NCBI GenBank assembly: GCA_041746255.1
Contig: JBGTHM010000037.1
Coordinates: forward strand, 1 to 64,000
Reading direction: 5' to 3'
DNA: 64,000 bases
From: Fibrobacteria bacterium
GTDB lineage: Bacteria; Fibrobacterota; Fibrobacteria; UBA11236
The stretch's first letter is position 1. Each line of letters opens with the position of its first letter. Made by a program: the position numbers and the translations under genes. Under the pieces are notes generated by a model that was given only the letters and a program-made list of their open reading frames with translations, was not told the origin of the DNA and searched no databases. This document shows positions 60,781 to 64,000 of this stretch, piece by piece.

Positions 60781-63149
60781 ACTCCCTTAAGGCCAGTCCC
60801 GACTTCGCCGAACGGGCTGCCCATGGGCTGCCTGTGCTTCCCTTGCGGGATATGATATTGTTGCCGGGAACGGCGATGCCCTTGATTCTCTCGCGACCCC
60901 CTTCGCTGGCGGCGCTGGCCCGCGCGCTTACCGAGCCGCCTCCCTTGCTGCTTCTGTGCCTGCAGAAATCGGCGGATGACGAAAACGTCACTCCGGAAGT
61001 TTTGTTTCCGCAGGCGGTAGTGGCCCGCGTGCTTTCGTCGGCGCCCCTTCCCAACGGAATGAGCCGGGTATTGGCGGAAAGCCTAGGTATCGTACATGTT
61101 ACTAAATGGGACGTGACGGGAGAGGCTTTATCGGCCCATGCCCGTGCGGAAAGCGGAGAGGTCCCTGCGGGGCTGCTCAAGAGCCTCAAGGTGGTGGAAG
61201 AGCGGTTTTTTGAGGTGCTCGGACAAAGGCCGGACGCGCCCACAGGCGTAGAAGAATTCATTCGCGCCATGGCGTCTCCCGTGCAGCGGCTTTTCGCCCT
61301 GGCGGCCCAATTGAGCATTTCGCCTACAGCCAAACAAACTTTGTTCCAAACCGGAGACTGGAAAGAAAGGCTCGCCCTGTTCGGTCGGTTGGTAAAGGCG
61401 GAGGAAGAAACCCTACGCTTAAATCGGCGCATCGAACATGAGGTAAGGGCTTCCATCGCCCAAGGCCAGAAAGAATTTCTTCTGCGTGAACAGATTCGCA
61501 AGTTGCAGGCGGAGCTGGGCCCCGGGCAGGCATCCGGCAATCCCGAGGTGAGGGAATTACAGACGTCGATAAGAGCCAAGGGGCTCCCTCCCGAAGCGGA
61601 AAAAGCCGCCTTGGCCGAGGCGAAAAGGTTGGAATACGTATCTACCGCTTCGCCGGAATACTCCGTCATTCGTTCCTATCTCGATTGGCTATTGGCGCTT
61701 CCCTGGAACAGTTACACGCAAGATACCCTGGATGCGGCGCGCGTCAAAAGCAGGCTTGCCGCCGATCATTTCGGACTTAAAGATGTCAAGGAACGGATTC
61801 TGGAGCATGTGGCCGTGCTCAAGCTGGCCGGTGCCAAAGCGACGCCGATTCTCTGTCTGATCGGGCCTCCGGGCGTAGGCAAGTCCTCGTTGGGATATTC
61901 CATCGCCAAGGCGCTGGGACGGAATTTCGCCCGCATTTCCCTGGGCGGTATGCGCGACGAGGCCGAAATCCGTGGCCACCGCCGCACCTATATCGGCGCG
62001 ATGCCGGGTAAAATCATTCGGGCTTTGAAAACCTGCGGTTCATTAAACCCGGTGATGCTGCTGGATGAAATCGATAAAATGGGCCAGGATTTCCGTGGCG
62101 ATCCCGCTTCGGCCCTATTGGAAGTGCTTGATCCCGAGCAGAACCACGCCTTTGCCGATCATTTCATCGAAGCGGGAGTCGATTTAAGCCGGGTGTTTTT
62201 CATCACCACGGCCAATGTGGAGGAGAATATTCCCGCCGCGCTGCGCGACCGGTTGGAAATCATCCGTATGCCCGGCTATTTCGAAAGCGAGAAATTGGCC
62301 ATCGCCAAACGTTACCTGCTTCCCAAGGCGGTTTCCTCTACCGGTCTCAAGCCCGAGCAATTGCAGCTCGATGATAAATTACTGCGAGTCCTGATAAGGC
62401 GACACACCCATGAGGCCGGTGTGCGGCAACTCGCACGGGAATTATCGCGTTTGGCGCGCAAGCGCGCGCGTCGGGTGGTGGCCGGTCTCGGTTTGCCGGC
62501 CATACGCGAGACCGATTTGGTCAAATACCTGGGACAAGCTACACGGGCCGAACGGCGGGTGCCTGTCAAATCAGGGCCCGGCATCGTTACGGGACTGGCC
62601 TGGACGCCGCTGGGTGGGGAAATCCTGCGGCTTGAGTGCGCCTTATTATCGGGCCGGGGTCGCTTGCATCTAACGGGCAAGTTAGGCGAAGTCATGAAGG
62701 AGTCGGCCCAAATCGCGGTGACCTTGGTGCGGGAGCGGGCGTCGCGCTATGGAGTGGATCCGGCCCTCTTCCATAAAACCGACATCCATATCCATATACC
62801 CGAAGGCGCCATCCCCAAGGACGGCCCTTCCGCCGGCTTGGCCATGGTGGTGGCATTGCTATCGGCGCTGACGCGCCGCCCTGTCGATCCCGGCATTGCC
62901 ATGACCGGTGAGGTTTCACTCACCGGGCAAGTGCATGCGGTGGGCGGATTGCCGGAGAAAATGCTGGCCGCCCTGCAGGCAGGCGTCAAACAGGTTTTTC
63001 TCCCGGCCGATAACAAGCAGGAGGCCAAAGACTTGCCCGCTGAGGCGAGAAAGGGTTTGCGCCTAATCGAGGCGGATAAACTCGATACGGTATTGGCGCG
63101 GTTACTGCCGCCTCCCAAACAGGCTACCCGCAAGGCGGGTAAAAATTGA
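60777..63149 (+). CDS. lon: Lon protease (start uncertain: 60699 or 60777)
   Basis: [50 protein letters not shown]. Confidence 0.95.
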   Translation: MNSLKASPDFAERAAHGLPVLPLRDMILLPGTAMPLILSRPPSLAALARALTEPPPLLLLCLQKSADDENVTPEVLFPQAVVARVLSSAPLPNGMSRVLAESLGIVHVTKWDVTGEALSAHARAESGEVPAGLLKSLKVVEERFFEVLGQRPDAPTGVEEFIRAMASPVQRLFALAAQLSISPTAKQTLFQTGDWKERLALFGRLVKAEEETLRLNRRIEHEVRASIAQGQKEFLLREQIRKLQAELGPGQASGNPEVRELQTSIRAKGLPPEAEKAALAEAKRLEYVSTASPEYSVIRSYLDWLLALPWNSYTQDTLDAARVKSRLAADHFGLKDVKERILEHVAVLKLAGAKATPILCLIGPPGVGKSSLGYSIAKALGRNFARISLGGMRDEAEIRGHRRTYIGAMPGKIIRALKTCGSLNPVMLLDEIDKMGQDFRGDPASALLEVLDPEQNHAFADHFIEAGVDLSRVFFITTANVEENIPAALRDRLEIIRMPGYFESEKLAIAKRYLLPKAVSSTGLKPEQLQLDDKLLRVLIRRHTHEAGVRQLARELSRLARKRARRVVAGLGLPAIRETDLVKYLGQATRAERRVPVKSGPGIVTGLAWTPLGGEILRLECALLSGRGRLHLTGKLGEVMKESAQIAVTLVRERASRYGVDPALFHKTDIHIHIPEGAIPKDGPSAGLAMVVALLSALTRRPVDPGIAMTGEVSLTGQVHAVGGLPEKMLAALQAGVKQVFLPADNKQEAKDLPAEARKGLRLIEADKLDTVLARLLPPPKQATRKAGKN

Positions 63150-63913
63150 GCGACGCATCGGACATGCAATTCGGCATGCGCGCGGCGTTGCAAAAGCAGC
63201 AAGCTGAGGTGACGGGACGAATCACCGCAGCCTGCGCCAAGGCGGGGCGCGATCCTTCTGAAGTAAGGCTGGTGTGGGTAGCGAAATACCAGCCCGTAGA
63301 AAAAATCGAAGCGGCATTAAACCTCGGCGCCCGGATTTTCGGTGAAAACAAGGTGCAGGAATGCCTGGCCAAGTATCCATTGCCCTCGCGCGGAGCGCAG
63401 GCATTGGGTCGTGACTATGAGCTGCACTTTATCGGACATTTGCAGAAAAACAAGGTGCGCAAAGTTTTACCGCTTATAAGCGCCGTGCATTCGGTGGATA
63501 CGCCGGAGTTGTGGCAGCAAATCGATCGCATCGCCCAAGAAATGGGTAGCCCCCTGCCGGTATTCCTGCAAGTGAACACCTCGCGCGAAGCGAGTAAATC
63601 CGGATTCGCTCCGGAAACTTTGGTGGAAACCCTGATGGCGCTTCCCCGGCACAAGTACGCTTATCCCGCGGGACTGATGACCATGGGCCCCACGGATATG
63701 GACCCGGACAAAACGCGTGACTGTTTTCGGGAACTGGCCGGGCTATTGCGGACGCTCAAGGCAAAGACTCAGGGACAGATACCGGGTTGGGAAAAACTCG
63801 CTTGGCTCTCCATGGGCATGACCCACGATCTGGAAATCGCGGTGGAAGAAGGTTCCCATTTTGTGCGCGTGGGGACGGGGTTGTTCGGTGAACGGCCTGG
63901 AGGAGCGGCGTAA
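63146..63913 (+). CDS. yggS: YggS/PLPBP pyridoxal-phosphate homeostasis protein
   Basis: VAK, FGENKVQE, HFIGHLQKNK, QVN...SKSG, GLMTM, LSMGM, VRVGTGLFG. Confidence 0.95.
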   Translation: MSDASDMQFGMRAALQKQQAEVTGRITAACAKAGRDPSEVRLVWVAKYQPVEKIEAALNLGARIFGENKVQECLAKYPLPSRGAQALGRDYELHFIGHLQKNKVRKVLPLISAVHSVDTPELWQQIDRIAQEMGSPLPVFLQVNTSREASKSGFAPETLVETLMALPRHKYAYPAGLMTMGPTDMDPDKTRDCFRELAGLLRTLKAKTQGQIPGWEKLAWLSMGMTHDLEIAVEEGSHFVRVGTGLFGERPGGAA

Positions 63914-64000
63914 ACCTTTTCGAAATATGCTAGTTTTAGAAAAACCCCATTTCCTGGCGTGGAAATTGTTCCCCGGTTTCGGATAGTATTACCCTTACCG

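Noticed and set aside
60752..61669. 305-aa antisense ORF
   Set aside because: Opposite lon; Ser/Arg/Ala-rich with no motifs.

Overview
Bacterial chromosomal window, probably from an FCB-group organism and most likely Fibrobacterota. This is inferred from SprA, T9SS-like C-terminal signals, a short RpoD-type sigma factor and flagellar genes occurring together. About 1.3-39.8 kb is a PEP-CTERM/exosortase-linked exopolysaccharide locus. It holds exosortase plus EpsI, two Wzc paralogues, Wza, Wzx, a Wzy/O-antigen-ligase-like protein and seven glycosyltransferases. It also holds a C-methyltransferase/epimerase/DUF4910/PIG-L block, a DegT-like aminotransferase, PrsK/PrsR/PrsT-like regulators, one PEP-CTERM protein with a sigma54 promoter, and a priming transferase-STAS-like-deacetylase fusion. 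An AT-richer insert (OBAP-like, VIT/T9SS-CTD protein, decayed IS3, membrane protein) splits the locus. To the left is a DUF433/DUF5615 toxin-antitoxin pair flanked by diverged inverted repeats. The right part is mostly housekeeping: aguBA, M32 carboxypeptidase, a sigma70-family factor behind a sigma54 promoter with three GTCA-N7-TGAC boxes, fliD-fliS-fliT-like, rsmA, sprA interrupted by one in-frame TGA, RNase E/G with a long structured leader, a tRNA-Leu(TAG) lacking the long variable arm, and tig-clpP-clpX-lon-yggS. All calls come from reading motifs by eye; no searches were run.
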